A stretch of 24,637 bases of DNA from a virus, in the UHGV virus genome UHGV-0173695. One strand, written 5' to 3'. Positions 1 to 9,173 of the stretch are shown here, piece by piece. Numbering within the stretch: the first letter of the stretch is position 1; the number at the start of each line of letters is the position of its first letter. A program made the position numbers and the translations under genes. A model generated the notes under the pieces. That model was not told the origin of the DNA. It made no database searches and worked only from the letters and a program-made list of their open reading frames with translations.

Positions 1-841
1 CTTCTCCCAAACCAAGGTATGCGAGAAGGCCGGCAACATCCTTTCCACTCAAATTAGTCAGCGTCTCATCCAGTGGCTGCTTGCCTGACAGCGCATTGTT
101 AATGGTGGTGCTGAATTTCGGGTCATTGTTAATGGCCGCGGCAATTTCTTTCAGTGTGTCCAGTGTGGCTGGCGCACCGTTAATCAGAGCGGTAATAGCA
201 GCCTGAACAAACGCAGTAGTCGCAATCCGCGTGGTGTTATTTCCTGCGGCAGGCGTCGGCGCTTTTGGTTCTCCGGTAAATGTCGGATTATGTTTCTGTG
301 CATACTGGGTATGAGGATCCTGTGCGGCAATGTGGTTTCTCATCTGGTCATCCACATACAGCTTTAATTCCAGGACTTTATCATCCACGTATTTACGGGT
401 CGCCAGTACCACTGACGGGTCGATTTTCAGCGTGATGGCTTCGGTGTTCGTGACAACCAGAATCATGCGGATAGTCTGGGTGCGTCCACTGCCTTCCTGC
501 AACTGCGGTTTGTACGTTTCCGGGCAGTTTGCCACCGCAATGAGTACACCTTCATCATCATAAAGACCAATCTCACGGATCCAGAATCCTCCCTCGTTTT
601 CAGGGATGATTTGCTCCGCAATAATCTGGCTCTGATTGTTAGGGTCAACACTCAGAAGATTCAGCGGTGCAATGCGTTTCTGGTTAATCAGTTTTGTTTG
701 TGCAGGGTCTGGTGTTGGTAACACACCATTTGCATCACCAACGGCCATTTGCGTCAGATTCAGCTTACTGCCGAGCATCGTCGCGTTAGCCAGTCGTGCC
801 GCGCCCTGATTAGTCAGAATGGCGTAGTATTTCACTGTCAT
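1..841 (-). CDS. H: Tail fiber protein, N-terminal portion (3' end lies beyond the left window edge)
   Basis: Minus-strand frame is open from ATG at 841 to position 1 (checked codon by codon; no stop). Translation begins MTVKYYAILTNQGAARLANATMLGSKLNLTQMAVGDANG, typical of the conserved N-terminal baseplate-attachment domain of P2 gpH-type fibers. ATG overlaps the stop of I (ATGA). Absent from the ORF track because no stop lies in the window. Confidence 0.8.
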   Translation of the reverse strand, partial: MTVKYYAILTNQGAARLANATMLGSKLNLTQMAVGDANGVLPTPDPAQTKLINQKRIAPLNLLSVDPNNQSQIIAEQIIPENEGGFWIREIGLYDDEGVLIAVANCPETYKPQLQEGSGRTQTIRMILVVTNTEAITLKIDPSVVLATRKYVDDKVLELKLYVDDQMRNHIAAQDPHTQYAQKHNPTFTGEPKAPTPAAGNNTTRIATTAFVQAAITALINGAPATLDTLKEIAAAINNDPKFSTTINNALSGKQPLDETLTNLSGKDVAGLLAYLGLGE

Positions 842-1446
842 GCGTTTACTCTCAGATTATCAATTAAATGAATGGCCGGGGCAGGGAAATAGTCCCCTTC
901 GACAATAATGGACTCCGGGGTGTAGGGATAAACCGTCAGGGCATCGCCGTGATAGCATCCCGTACCAACGAAAATCTTTCCGTTCACACTCAGGCTGATC
1001 GCCAGCCCCGTCAGATGGCGACTTACTGGTTTTGCATCCGCAATAAGGCGCTCAAGTTCCTGATACATTTCATCGGTGATGCCCTGATCAAGTACTCCGA
1101 CAACAATGCGAAATGTTCCCGGCTCCTCGTTGAGTTGCCACCACTCCTTTACTTCAATCAGGTAGCCGAGAGGCTCCACGGCTCTTCGCAGTGCGCTGAT
1201 GGTCCCTTTGTGTCGGTGTATCAGCCATGCATCACGAATCACCTGTCGCTTTGTCTCTTCCGGCCAGTTGCGATCCCAGCGGTCAACGGAAAATGCCCAG
1301 GCGAGATAAGGCAGCAGATGCACCGGGCAGGTATCCGGCGACCACAGCGTGTTGAGGTCTACCGGAATGTCTGTAATGCGTGTTCCGATGGCTTCGGCAC
1401 AACGCATGAAATTGCTGGCTGATGGTGGTAACAGTGAATTACTCAT
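838..1446 (-). CDS. I: Baseplate assembly protein I
   Basis: Position between J and H; internal start MSNSLLPP at 1446 overlaps the J stop (ATGAGTAA). Track ORF extends to 1479, but that N-terminal extension overlaps J. Confidence 0.8.
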   Translation of the reverse strand: MSNSLLPPSASNFMRCAEAIGTRITDIPVDLNTLWSPDTCPVHLLPYLAWAFSVDRWDRNWPEETKRQVIRDAWLIHRHKGTISALRRAVEPLGYLIEVKEWWQLNEEPGTFRIVVGVLDQGITDEMYQELERLIADAKPVSRHLTGLAISLSVNGKIFVGTGCYHGDALTVYPYTPESIIVEGDYFPAPAIHLIDNLRVNA

Positions 1447-2335
1447 TGCGCCCACCTTCGCTGATGGTGAACGACTCACAGCGCGCCGCCTGTATGTCGC
1501 TGATGGCCATATTCTGTGTGGGTTCGATTATCTCCACGCGTTGCACACCGTGCACATGCAGTGCGGCAGCAATGGCGGACAACGCCACGTCCTGACCGAT
1601 AAGCCCCTGCTCAGCCAGCCACTTCCTGAACGACGATTCAGCCGCCGCCAGAATAGGTTCGGATTCCGGGCCGGGGTAAAAGTACAGTTTTGCATTCAGC
1701 CGCCATGTCACGATTCTGGCGCTCTGTACAGTAAGGCGGTCGGCCACCGGGCGGGTATCCTCTGCATTCAGAACGGCGCGAACGGTATTAAGCAACGCCT
1801 CCGTTGCTGTGCCGTCGCCTTCAGTGGACAGGATGGAAACCGTCACATTTGCCGGAGACGGACTGATAGCCCGCGCATCACGCACCAGACCGCTGGCGCT
1901 GCGGGCAAAATACTCGTATGCACCTGACGGGCCAGCAACACTCAGGCCATCGTACGCCCGCTGCGCCCGCAGTCTCAGCGAGGTGTCACTTTCCATCACT
2001 GCGTCGGTGGTATCCGTTGCCGGAGTGATGGTCAGGCGCTTTGTGTTCATATTGCCCGCGAGGTTGTCCAGGTCTGTCCCGGCGCTGTGGCTTAACATGC
2101 AGGCGCGTGCCCCCTCATTGACCCGCTGGCGTAACAGCATTTCACGAAACGCTGTTGTCTGGGCGATAACGTTCAGGGGTTCCGATTCCAGCTCCAGCGC
2201 GGCGGAGACGGCTTCACGCTGTTCGGCGGGATAAGCCGCAATCATCATGGCCTTTGTGTCAGCCAGAATTGCCTCAAAGTCAGGCTCCGCGATGATGGCG
2301 GGTTCCGGTAACTGGGAAAGGTCAACGGCGGGCAT
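1439..2335 (-). CDS. J: Baseplate assembly protein J
   Basis: 298 aa, similar size to P2 gpJ; position between W and I. Confidence 0.9.
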   Translation of the reverse strand: MPAVDLSQLPEPAIIAEPDFEAILADTKAMMIAAYPAEQREAVSAALELESEPLNVIAQTTAFREMLLRQRVNEGARACMLSHSAGTDLDNLAGNMNTKRLTITPATDTTDAVMESDTSLRLRAQRAYDGLSVAGPSGAYEYFARSASGLVRDARAISPSPANVTVSILSTEGDGTATEALLNTVRAVLNAEDTRPVADRLTVQSARIVTWRLNAKLYFYPGPESEPILAAAESSFRKWLAEQGLIGQDVALSAIAAALHVHGVQRVEIIEPTQNMAISDIQAARCESFTISEGGRNE

Positions 2336-2338
2336 GAT

Positions 2339-2689
2339 TTACTCCCTCAGCGTGATGGTTAACTCAACATTCTGCATGGTCTGCATGACAGTGCCCGACA
2401 GCGTCACCCCGGCGCGGCCTCCCGCTTTCCAGACAACGTCGATGGCATCCAGGGCAATGCGGGGTTCCCATCGTGTCAGCGCAATCACGGCAGCACTCAT
2501 GCATTGCAGACGCGTGGTGTTATTCATGGGTTCGTCAATCAAATCAGGCACAAGGCTGCCATATTCCCGTCGCATAACCCGGCTTGCCAGCGGGGTGGTC
2601 AGGATATCCCTGACTGACTGTTTCAGGTGCTCCATATCGTTCAGGTTTCCCGTCCCGTCCGGATTCATTCCTGTGTAGCGGGTTGTCAC
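2339..2689 (-). CDS. W: Baseplate assembly protein W (GPW/gp25 family)
   Basis: 116 aa; position between V and J; size matches P2 gpW. Confidence 0.9.
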   Translation of the reverse strand: MTTRYTGMNPDGTGNLNDMEHLKQSVRDILTTPLASRVMRREYGSLVPDLIDEPMNNTTRLQCMSAAVIALTRWEPRIALDAIDVVWKAGGRAGVTLSGTVMQTMQNVELTITLRE

Positions 2690-3267
2690 TGCGGGCCTCC
2701 TGTCGAATCGCTGCCGCCTTTCACGCCACCGTGTTTATGCGTATGCACGGTAATGCCGTTTGAGGTGAAGTTGCCGCCGCTGTGCGTGATATTGCCGCTC
2801 ATCTTTCCTCCTTTTGTGACGTCAAGCGTCGCTGTTCTCAGAAGGTCTGTGCATTCCACGACAGGTGTGTCCAGTGTCACACTGACGGATGCCTGCAGGG
2901 TGGCCGTTTTCATGCCGCTGGCGCTCAGTGCGCCTGCGTCCGCGTCGTAGCGGAACACCGCGCCATCCGGCGCGCTGACCACGATTTCTTTCAGGCTTTT
3001 GCCGGGGGCCGGATTGGCATCACTCCACAGGCTGCCAATTATCATGGCGGTTTCCGGGTTGCCGCCAATGCAGGCAATTACCACCTGTTCGCCTGGTGAT
3101 GGCGGCAGCCACACATTGAAGGCTCCCGCGCGCGTGGTGTTCCAGCGCAACCAGCCTGTTTCCAGTTCGCCGCTGCGAACGCGCACGCGCCAGGACTTCT
3201 CATCAACTTCAGAGATGATCCCGGTGCGGATGATATTGCTCAGCAGTCGCATGAGTTCTGCGCTCAC
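2686..3267 (-). CDS. V: Baseplate spike protein V
   Basis: 193 aa; motifs RTGIISEVDE, HTHKHGG and a Gly-rich C-terminus as in P2 gpV; ends overlap S and W. Confidence 0.9.
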   Translation of the reverse strand: MSAELMRLLSNIIRTGIISEVDEKSWRVRVRSGELETGWLRWNTTRAGAFNVWLPPSPGEQVVIACIGGNPETAMIIGSLWSDANPAPGKSLKEIVVSAPDGAVFRYDADAGALSASGMKTATLQASVSVTLDTPVVECTDLLRTATLDVTKGGKMSGNITHSGGNFTSNGITVHTHKHGGVKGGSDSTGGPQ

Positions 3268-3908
3268 CGTACAGCCTCCGCAATCCGGCCCAGCACCGTG
3301 TTATAAATCAGGCGCTCATCTGCCTGGCTGATACCCAGCAGCTCACGTACCGGGTAATCGGTGAAAATGCCCGGCGCAACCTGATCGCGCTCACCGTACT
3401 GATGAACGCGGGCAATACGTGCGGCTACGCCGCTGTAACCCACCGTCACACCGGAAGCATCTGCACGGGCTTTCAGGTAGCGGGCGGTGCGCAGTTTTAC
3501 GAACATGGGGACGCGCTTTGTGCTGTCCTGGTTGATGCGCCGGGTGCGTATTTCCAGAAAACGGTCGATGTCATCCCGGTAAAACGTGCGGATATTATTT
3601 TTATCCTCATCCCACCCGGTAATGGTTCGCCCGTATTTCCCCGTGTCGTGATGCCAGTTTTTCAGCGTGCGTGCTTCGTTATTCCAGATAAAGCGAATGC
3701 GCTCCTGTATCCGGGTTACGCGGCGTCTGCGTGGTGTCCATGCGGTCCCGTCCGGCGCTTTCTGTGACCGGATACGTGCCTGCTGGGCGCGGCGTAAATC
3801 CTGTGCCAGCTTTCTGGCGATGTTATTGATGGCCTGCTGATTCAGGCTGTCGCGGATAGCCTCAAAGGTTTCATCCACGCGGGTGAATGCCTTATCCATC
3901 GCTTTCAC
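3264..3908 (-). CDS. S: Tail completion / virion morphogenesis protein (S-like), longer than P2 gpS
   Basis: Position between R and V; 214 aa versus about 150 aa recalled for P2 gpS. Start at 3908 or at the in-frame ATG at 3899; overlaps the R stop. Confidence 0.7.
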   Translation of the reverse strand: MKAMDKAFTRVDETFEAIRDSLNQQAINNIARKLAQDLRRAQQARIRSQKAPDGTAWTPRRRRVTRIQERIRFIWNNEARTLKNWHHDTGKYGRTITGWDEDKNNIRTFYRDDIDRFLEIRTRRINQDSTKRVPMFVKLRTARYLKARADASGVTVGYSGVAARIARVHQYGERDQVAPGIFTDYPVRELLGISQADERLIYNTVLGRIAEAVR

Positions 3909-4359
3909 CCCGCGTCACATCCTGGAATACATGCGACCAGTCGCCTTCGGAAGATGGCAGGCGGGGTTTTGGCTCCGGCAGGTGTTCTGCCTGCGGCGTG
4001 CCCTGACTGCTGCGCGTGATGCGAACGCGTTCCCGCAGAGGGAGCGTAAACAGGAGATCGGCGCTGTCATCGTCATTGATAACGGCGGAGAATTTGATGT
4101 CCTGATTACGCTCCGGATTGAGCAACAACTGTGGCTGATTTTCTGATAACCACGCCAGTAGCGGCAGCGTGAGGTCGTCCAGCTCCCCGGCGTAATCCAT
4201 GACAAACATCACCATCTGATAGCGGTAAACAAACGAGGGCGTTTCTCCGGTCGTTTCAATGTTGCCGCTCTCCACGAAAATGGTGAATTTTTCCGGGTTG
4301 GCCTGACACCATCGGCATGAACGGGTCATGGCTTCACGCAGGGAATCAGTTTTCAGCAT
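3892..4359 (-). CDS. R: Tail completion protein R
   Basis: 155 aa, same length as P2 gpR; begins MLKTDSLR; position after the lysis genes. Confidence 0.85.
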   Translation of the reverse strand: MLKTDSLREAMTRSCRWCQANPEKFTIFVESGNIETTGETPSFVYRYQMVMFVMDYAGELDDLTLPLLAWLSENQPQLLLNPERNQDIKFSAVINDDDSADLLFTLPLRERVRITRSSQGTPQAEHLPEPKPRLPSSEGDWSHVFQDVTRGESDG

Positions 4360-4636
4360 GGTTGTTGTCCTCGTTGTTCAGTCGTTGCAGTCTGCGCTGT
4401 TCCAGTAATTCAATGGCCCGTTTATCCGCGTTACAGGTTTCCAGTGCATCCAGAAGGCGGTCGCCCCATATACCGAGATTTCCCCATGTGGGAGTATCAG
4501 GGAAGGGGGGAGGCATTACTGGTATGGTCAGCGTCTGCGGTATAAGCCGGACTGACGGCGCTGGCCGTGGCGCGTTCTGCGTGCCTGCGCAACCTGTCAG
4601 TAAAACGAGCGTCAGGCAAAGCGTGGGCGCATTCAT
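4346..4636 (-). CDS. lysC: Outer-membrane spanin (o-spanin) lipoprotein, LysC-like
   Basis: Internal start MNAPTLCLTLVLLTGCAG gives a signal peptide with lipobox LTGC; Pro-rich mature part; starts inside the i-spanin gene in another frame (overlapped spanin architecture as in P2 lysB/lysC). Confidence 0.7.
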   Translation of the reverse strand: MNAPTLCLTLVLLTGCAGTQNAPRPAPSVRLIPQTLTIPVMPPPFPDTPTWGNLGIWGDRLLDALETCNADKRAIELLEQRRLQRLNNEDNNHAEN

Positions 4637-4904
4637 CTTTTGCAATATCGTTGCGTAGCTGTTCACGTCTGGCCTCTCCGTCCTGATTTCGCTGTTGATT
4701 TTCCACGCGGAGTTGCGCCAGCACCTGCTGCATATCCTGTACCCCGGTGCTGATGATATTCAGGGTGTCGACGGTACTTTTCAGGGCGCTGGCCTGCGCT
4801 TCGTTTCTGGCGTTCTCCCGGCCCAGCGACCACGACAGACGCATGGATGTTCCCCATGCGGCAATCAGAAGGAAAGCGACGCCCAGCGTGGGCCAGAGCT
4901 TCAT
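4497..4904 (-). CDS. lysB: Inner-membrane spanin (i-spanin), LysB-like
   Basis: Internal start MKLWPTLGVAFLLIAAW (N-terminal TM helix) then a charged coiled-coil-like region; ATG at 4904 overlaps the endolysin stop (ATGA). Track ORF 4497..5048 has a non-coding-looking N-terminal extension. Confidence 0.65.
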   Translation of the reverse strand: MKLWPTLGVAFLLIAAWGTSMRLSWSLGRENARNEAQASALKSTVDTLNIISTGVQDMQQVLAQLRVENQQRNQDGEARREQLRNDIAKDECAHALPDARFTDRLRRHAERATASAVSPAYTADADHTSNASPLP

Positions 4905-5293
4905 GCCGGATAGGCTCCGTGTGGTAACTGAAAATGCGGTCCGTCTTTCAGGGTCTTCCAGTCGCCGCCCCATTCCACCGGAATATTCAGTTCCCGGCTG
5001 GCCTGTCTGAATGCTGCTGCGATTTTTTCGTACAGCGGCCATTCCCATGACACCTGGCTGCCGATATAAGCCACAACATCCACGGCATGCCCCGTAAGGT
5101 GGCGGCTGTTCATGGTCTGGCTCTTACCCGTGGCCACCAGTTGCTTCTGGCGGTAACGGCTGCGCAACCCTTCGGTGATACCAAAATCCACTTCCGAGAT
5201 TTCCAGTGCCCGTCGGGTCACTTTCACCAGATCAGGATTTACGCCCTGCAAATTCTTTTCGCTCCGGCTGCTGAATTTAAATGTGTTGCTCAT
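4901..5293 (-). CDS. Endolysin, peptidase M15-family (L-alanyl-D-glutamate endopeptidase type)
   Basis: 130 aa; zinc-binding signature SRHLTGHAVDV (H-x6-D) with a downstream His, characteristic of M15 peptidoglycan peptidases; located between holin and spanins. Not a P2 gpK-type lysozyme. Confidence 0.8.
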   Translation of the reverse strand: MSNTFKFSSRSEKNLQGVNPDLVKVTRRALEISEVDFGITEGLRSRYRQKQLVATGKSQTMNSRHLTGHAVDVVAYIGSQVSWEWPLYEKIAAAFRQASRELNIPVEWGGDWKTLKDGPHFQLPHGAYPA

Positions 5294-5613
5294 TCGTCCT
5301 TCTCCTTCACCCTGCGATTAAAGGCCGCAATAACCTTGTCGCGTGCTTTCTCTGCCCCCATAAAACCGATTGATGCGCCGATAAACGTCACGGCATCTTC
5401 AGGAAAACCGAAGAAGCGCAACGACCCGGCCACGGCCATGGCAAGAACGCCGCACGCCAGCGATCCCGTTACGGTCTGAACCAGTGTTCGTCCGTCATAA
5501 AGACTCATCAGCGCGGAAATGCTGACCGCCGCGCCTACTGCATACACCGTTGGCAGGTGGTCAAAGAGCCACGCAATAACCTGCTCTGTGATCCCTGTTT
5601 GAATGGTGCTCAC
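5290..5613 (-). CDS. Holin (putative, P2 gpY position)
   Basis: Proposed GTG start at 5613 directly after the X stop, preceded by GGGGGGAG Shine-Dalgarno; product has 2-3 hydrophobic segments and a charged C-terminus (RRVKEKDE); stop overlaps the endolysin ATG (ATGA). The exact start is uncertain. Confidence 0.6.
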   Translation of the reverse strand: MSTIQTGITEQVIAWLFDHLPTVYAVGAAVSISALMSLYDGRTLVQTVTGSLACGVLAMAVAGSLRFFGFPEDAVTFIGASIGFMGAEKARDKVIAAFNRRVKEKDE

Positions 5614-5615
5614 TG

Positions 5616-5816
5616 CTACTCCCCCCACAACTGAATCATTTCTCGTTTCTTCTTCTCCGGCTCCGGCATCTCCACTTCCTGCCCGGCGTCCAGAAATACC
5701 TGTTGACAGAGTCCGGGGTTGGCATCCAGCACCTTTTCGGTGACGCCCTGCGTCGTGCCGTAGTACCGGAAACAGAGCGAATCCACGGTGTCGCCTTCCA
5801 GTGCCTTCACTTTCAT
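5616..5816 (-). CDS. X: Tail protein X (LysM-like)
   Basis: Internal start MKVKALEGDTVDSLCFRYYG...NPGL resembles P2 gpX; ATG overlaps the L stop (TGATG at 5814-5818). Confidence 0.75.
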   Translation of the reverse strand: MKVKALEGDTVDSLCFRYYGTTQGVTEKVLDANPGLCQQVFLDAGQEVEMPEPEKKKREMIQLWGE

Positions 5817-6319
5817 CAGCACAGCTCCGCAAAGATTCGCGGGCGGCACAGAATGTCAGAGATGGCCCAGCTCACATCACGCCACAAATCCGATGTCTGT
5901 ATATCCAGAGCGTCCGCCCGGCGGTCGCCCTTGTCCGTTGTGTCTGCATCACGATAACGCTCCAGAATCAGGGCGCGTGTGGCGGTATAAACAGCATTGC
6001 GCCAGTGCCAGAGATTGACGCTTTCTCCGTTAATTACGGGTGCCGGAACATCGGCCAGCGTCTGATGGCCAGCCGCCTGCTGTTCCTGCTGCCATGCTTC
6101 CAGCTCGCGGGTAACGTGAGCCACGGCCCCGGTGGCAGTATGCAGCAGGCGGGAGGTGGTCACGCGGCCCGGCAGTCGTACCGCCAGACGCAGCTCGCGC
6201 AGCACAATATCCGGCCAGAATGCACCTGCTGAAATGCGAGTGTCGCCATCATCGGTATCGGTGATGTCGTCCTCTGCGGGTCCTGGTTCAGTTCTGGCAA
6301 CCATACTCATGGGGTTCAC
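5816..6319 (-). CDS. L: Head completion/stabilization protein L
   Basis: 167 aa; position after M and before X as in P2. Confidence 0.85.
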   Translation of the reverse strand: MNPMSMVARTEPGPAEDDITDTDDGDTRISAGAFWPDIVLRELRLAVRLPGRVTTSRLLHTATGAVAHVTRELEAWQQEQQAAGHQTLADVPAPVINGESVNLWHWRNAVYTATRALILERYRDADTTDKGDRRADALDIQTSDLWRDVSWAISDILCRPRIFAELC

Positions 6320-6414
6320 TCCTGAAAAAAAAATCGGGCGGTGGGTGCGCGGTGTAAACGGTCACGGAGTCAAACCGGAACACCGTGCACGCCGCCCGCT
6401 GACGGGGTCAGTCG

Positions 6415-7215
6415 TTAACCGCGCTTCGCCTTCTGCGACGCGGTGGTTTTTCGTGTTGCAGGCTTCCGCGTTGTCTTTTTACTTTTGCTGCTTTCGTCCT
6501 GCGTCTGCGGTGTGCTGGCGTCTTCTGGTTCGGCTGCGGAATCGGCTTTTTTCAGGGCGCGGGAAAGGGTTGCAATCTCGCGTTTCACACCTGCGTTCGG
6601 GTTCAGGTGCATTGCTTCGCGCATCAGCTTCAGTGATGAGGCCATGCTGTCCGCATCGGTCAGGCCACGACGGGCAAAGGCACACGCCTTGCATAATTTG
6701 GCGCGCACTTCGTCCGGCATGTCCTGGTCGGTGACAATCTCCCGGAGGGTATCCAGTGGTTCGATAAAGGCGGATAAATCCGCGTCGGCATCCGTCCCGG
6801 CCTGCGTCAGTACCGGGTTGCAGATTTCTTCGGTCAGTACCGTGGCAGCAGTACGGCCAAAGTTATCCGGCATAATGAGGTTGTGACGGACCACATACGC
6901 ACCAATACGCAGCGCCAGCGGAAGATCGCCGCAGTCAATCGCCCACACCATCAGCGTGGCAATCACTTCATCCTGCTGCCCGCCGTCAGCCTCCAGCGTT
7001 CCCTCAATCCAGCCGGAAAAGTCCGGCAACAACTCTTTTTTGATGGCGGCTTTCGCGCTTCTGGCCTGTACGCCCTTAAGCCGGGCCTGTGCCAGACGCA
7101 GACGATACAGCACCTCTTCATGCGCGGTACGCGCGGCGTGGTCCACGCCTTCATTCGCCCGGCCTGCGCGCTGTGCCATCACGTTCTGCCAGTGTTGCTG
7201 TGCAGGAGTAATCAT
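6415..7215 (-). CDS. M: Terminase small (endonuclease) subunit M
   Basis: 266 aa; position after N; Lys-rich C-terminal tail; GGAGAG Shine-Dalgarno upstream. Confidence 0.85.
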   Translation of the reverse strand: MITPAQQHWQNVMAQRAGRANEGVDHAARTAHEEVLYRLRLAQARLKGVQARSAKAAIKKELLPDFSGWIEGTLEADGGQQDEVIATLMVWAIDCGDLPLALRIGAYVVRHNLIMPDNFGRTAATVLTEEICNPVLTQAGTDADADLSAFIEPLDTLREIVTDQDMPDEVRAKLCKACAFARRGLTDADSMASSLKLMREAMHLNPNAGVKREIATLSRALKKADSAAEPEDASTPQTQDESSKSKKTTRKPATRKTTASQKAKRG

Positions 7216-7260
7216 TTTTTCTCTCCGTTACAGGCGGGCATGATGCCCGCCGTGAGTTGA

Positions 7261-8313
7261 TTAGCTGTCGGCGAACTTCAGGCCAGTGACCATCGCGCAC
7301 TTGCCATAGTCTTCAACGACATAAGCGTCATTGATGGACTGATAGGTGGCGATGCGGTTGTATTCCGGTTCGTCTTTCATCAGACGACGCATTGAACCTT
7401 TCTGCCAGTAAATCGACAGGTTGTTGAACGAGGTGATCAGCATCGTTGCATCCGGGAAGAACGGCGCAAGGAACACGCCCAGCCCGCCAATGGTGCGCGA
7501 TGACAGGATGAGCTGCCCGGCAAGTAATTCCGCATTGGGATTCTGGCCGCTGATGCTGTTCAGCACGGGCAGACGCAGCGAGTTAAACAGGTTGCGCCCC
7601 ATAATCACCACGAGGTCGTCAGCTTCCTTGTGCCATTCATCCAGCAGGGATGAACGCGCGTCCTGTACCAGTGCATCAGCGTTCGCATACTTACCCGCGT
7701 GCGCCACGGTGTTGTCCATGTTGCGGGAGGTCAGCGTCACGTCATTCATAACGCGTTCGCTGGCGTCGGTTCTGATGTGCTCCAGCCAGCCCACGTTAAC
7801 GTCCTGAAGCAGCTTGTTGGTGCTGAAGTTGGACTCATCCGCGTGAGACGTGCCGTTGAAACCGATCATGATGCGGTCAAGCGCCACCTGTCGGGCAATC
7901 TGTGCGCTGATGCGGGACTGAAAATCAGGGTGTGCCGACCAGGCATCAAGCTGCGGATACGAAATAAACGTGTCGTAGTTCACCTGTTCGCACTGGTATT
8001 TGCGGTTTTTCAGATCAACCACATTATTCGGGTTACGGCGTTTTGTTCCGTCATAACTGGTATTCGTGCGCGCAATTGGTCCTGTGGTATCCAGGAGGAT
8101 TTTTTCGCCTTTCTGGTCGGTCACGCCGATCACGTTAATTCTTTTCGTAAATTCGGTACTTTCCTTTGAGGCGTTTTCAAAACGCTGCTGCACCGCGGGT
8201 TCCACGGTAAATCGCGATACCAGTGCAGATACCGGGATATTGTTAAGCGACGCCTGCTGCGCCATATAGCAACCCAGCTTGTTGCGGGTAATATCTGACA
8301 TCACCAGATTCAT
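7261..8313 (-). CDS. N: Major capsid protein N
   Basis: 350 aa; position between O and M; size as P2 gpN. Confidence 0.9.
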   Translation of the reverse strand: MNLVMSDITRNKLGCYMAQQASLNNIPVSALVSRFTVEPAVQQRFENASKESTEFTKRINVIGVTDQKGEKILLDTTGPIARTNTSYDGTKRRNPNNVVDLKNRKYQCEQVNYDTFISYPQLDAWSAHPDFQSRISAQIARQVALDRIMIGFNGTSHADESNFSTNKLLQDVNVGWLEHIRTDASERVMNDVTLTSRNMDNTVAHAGKYANADALVQDARSSLLDEWHKEADDLVVIMGRNLFNSLRLPVLNSISGQNPNAELLAGQLILSSRTIGGLGVFLAPFFPDATMLITSFNNLSIYWQKGSMRRLMKDEPEYNRIATYQSINDAYVVEDYGKCAMVTGLKFADS

Positions 8314-8336
8314 AAAAAATTTGCTCCTTTGTCTTA

Positions 8337-9173
8337 TCAGAAGTCAGCCAGCTGGTCGGAGGCTGCGCCCGTTGCGGTGAACCGGTTCTGCGGATCGCCG
8401 TCCTGCGTGCGCAGTTTTTCCTTCAGTGCTGCCAGCTCTGTGGTCAGTGAAGTGATTTTCTGGCGGTCCTGCTGATGGCGGGTTTCCAGTGCATTAAAAC
8501 GGTCGATAATGTCGGCCTGTGACGTTGCGACGCCTTCCACCGCTTCCTGAATGCGGGAAAAACTGGCGTCATCCGCTTTGCGGCCACGGCCAATAATCCC
8601 CATTACGCGGTTAAACCACTGGGTGCCTTCTTCCTGGCGTTGTTCTGCCATTTCGATGATTTCAGACTCGATGGCTTCGGAGATAAGCGGTGCTTCACCC
8701 TGGACACTGTTGAACGTCATCACCGCCTGACGTTGCTGTGCCGTGAATTTCAGGCGCTCAGTGCCCAGGCTTGCCGGGGTGTCGGTCATCGCCAGCCCGA
8801 CCAGATAGGCGCGCCCGTTAACGGAGAACTGCGGGTGCAGTTCGATACTGGAATAGATTTTCTTGCCGTCCGCGACAAGCTGCTTCATGCGCTCGGTCGG
8901 TTCGATTTCTGCATACAGCGCAGTACGTCCGGCCAGCGGGCCTTCCGTAATATCTTCCGTACTCAGCGCGGTGACATCGCCCATTGCGGAAAATTCGCTT
9001 GACGGGCATGGCGAGAGATAGTGCTCAACGTTCACGCGGGCGGCGTAAACATCCGGGTTGAAGTTCTCGGCGGCTTCACGCAGATGCACCGGACTGATTT
9101 CGCGGCCATCAACAGTTGATCCGGAGACAGCCACGCGAAACTTTTTGCGGGATGTCTTTTTTTCATTAGCCAT
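8337..9173 (-). CDS. O: Capsid scaffolding protein O
   Basis: Internal start MANEKKTSRKKFRVAVSGSTVDGREISP resembles the P2 gpO N-terminus; GAGGGG Shine-Dalgarno 9 nt upstream of ATG at 9173. Track ORF extends to 9206. Confidence 0.85.
   Translation of the reverse strand: MANEKKTSRKKFRVAVSGSTVDGREISPVHLREAAENFNPDVYAARVNVEHYLSPCPSSEFSAMGDVTALSTEDITEGPLAGRTALYAEIEPTERMKQLVADGKKIYSSIELHPQFSVNGRAYLVGLAMTDTPASLGTERLKFTAQQRQAVMTFNSVQGEAPLISEAIESEIIEMAEQRQEEGTQWFNRVMGIIGRGRKADDASFSRIQEAVEGVATSQADIIDRFNALETRHQQDRQKITSLTTELAALKEKLRTQDGDPQNRFTATGAASDQLADF

Noticed and set aside
330-651. Short ORFs 330..563 (+) and 463..651 (-) listed by the ORF track
   Set aside because: They lie inside the open minus-strand frame of the tail fiber gene H, which runs uninterrupted from 841 to the window edge, and are out of frame with it.
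868-1927. Plus-strand ORFs 868..1422 and 1349..1927 overlapping baseplate genes I and J
   Set aside because: Antisense to well-supported minus-strand structural genes; no ribosome-binding-site context; composition artefacts.
5290-5832. Holin as the full 180-aa track ORF
   Set aside because: The N-terminal 73 residues overlap gene X in another frame and are Gly/Arg-rich; a GTG start at 5613 with a strong Shine-Dalgarno gives a holin-sized membrane protein.
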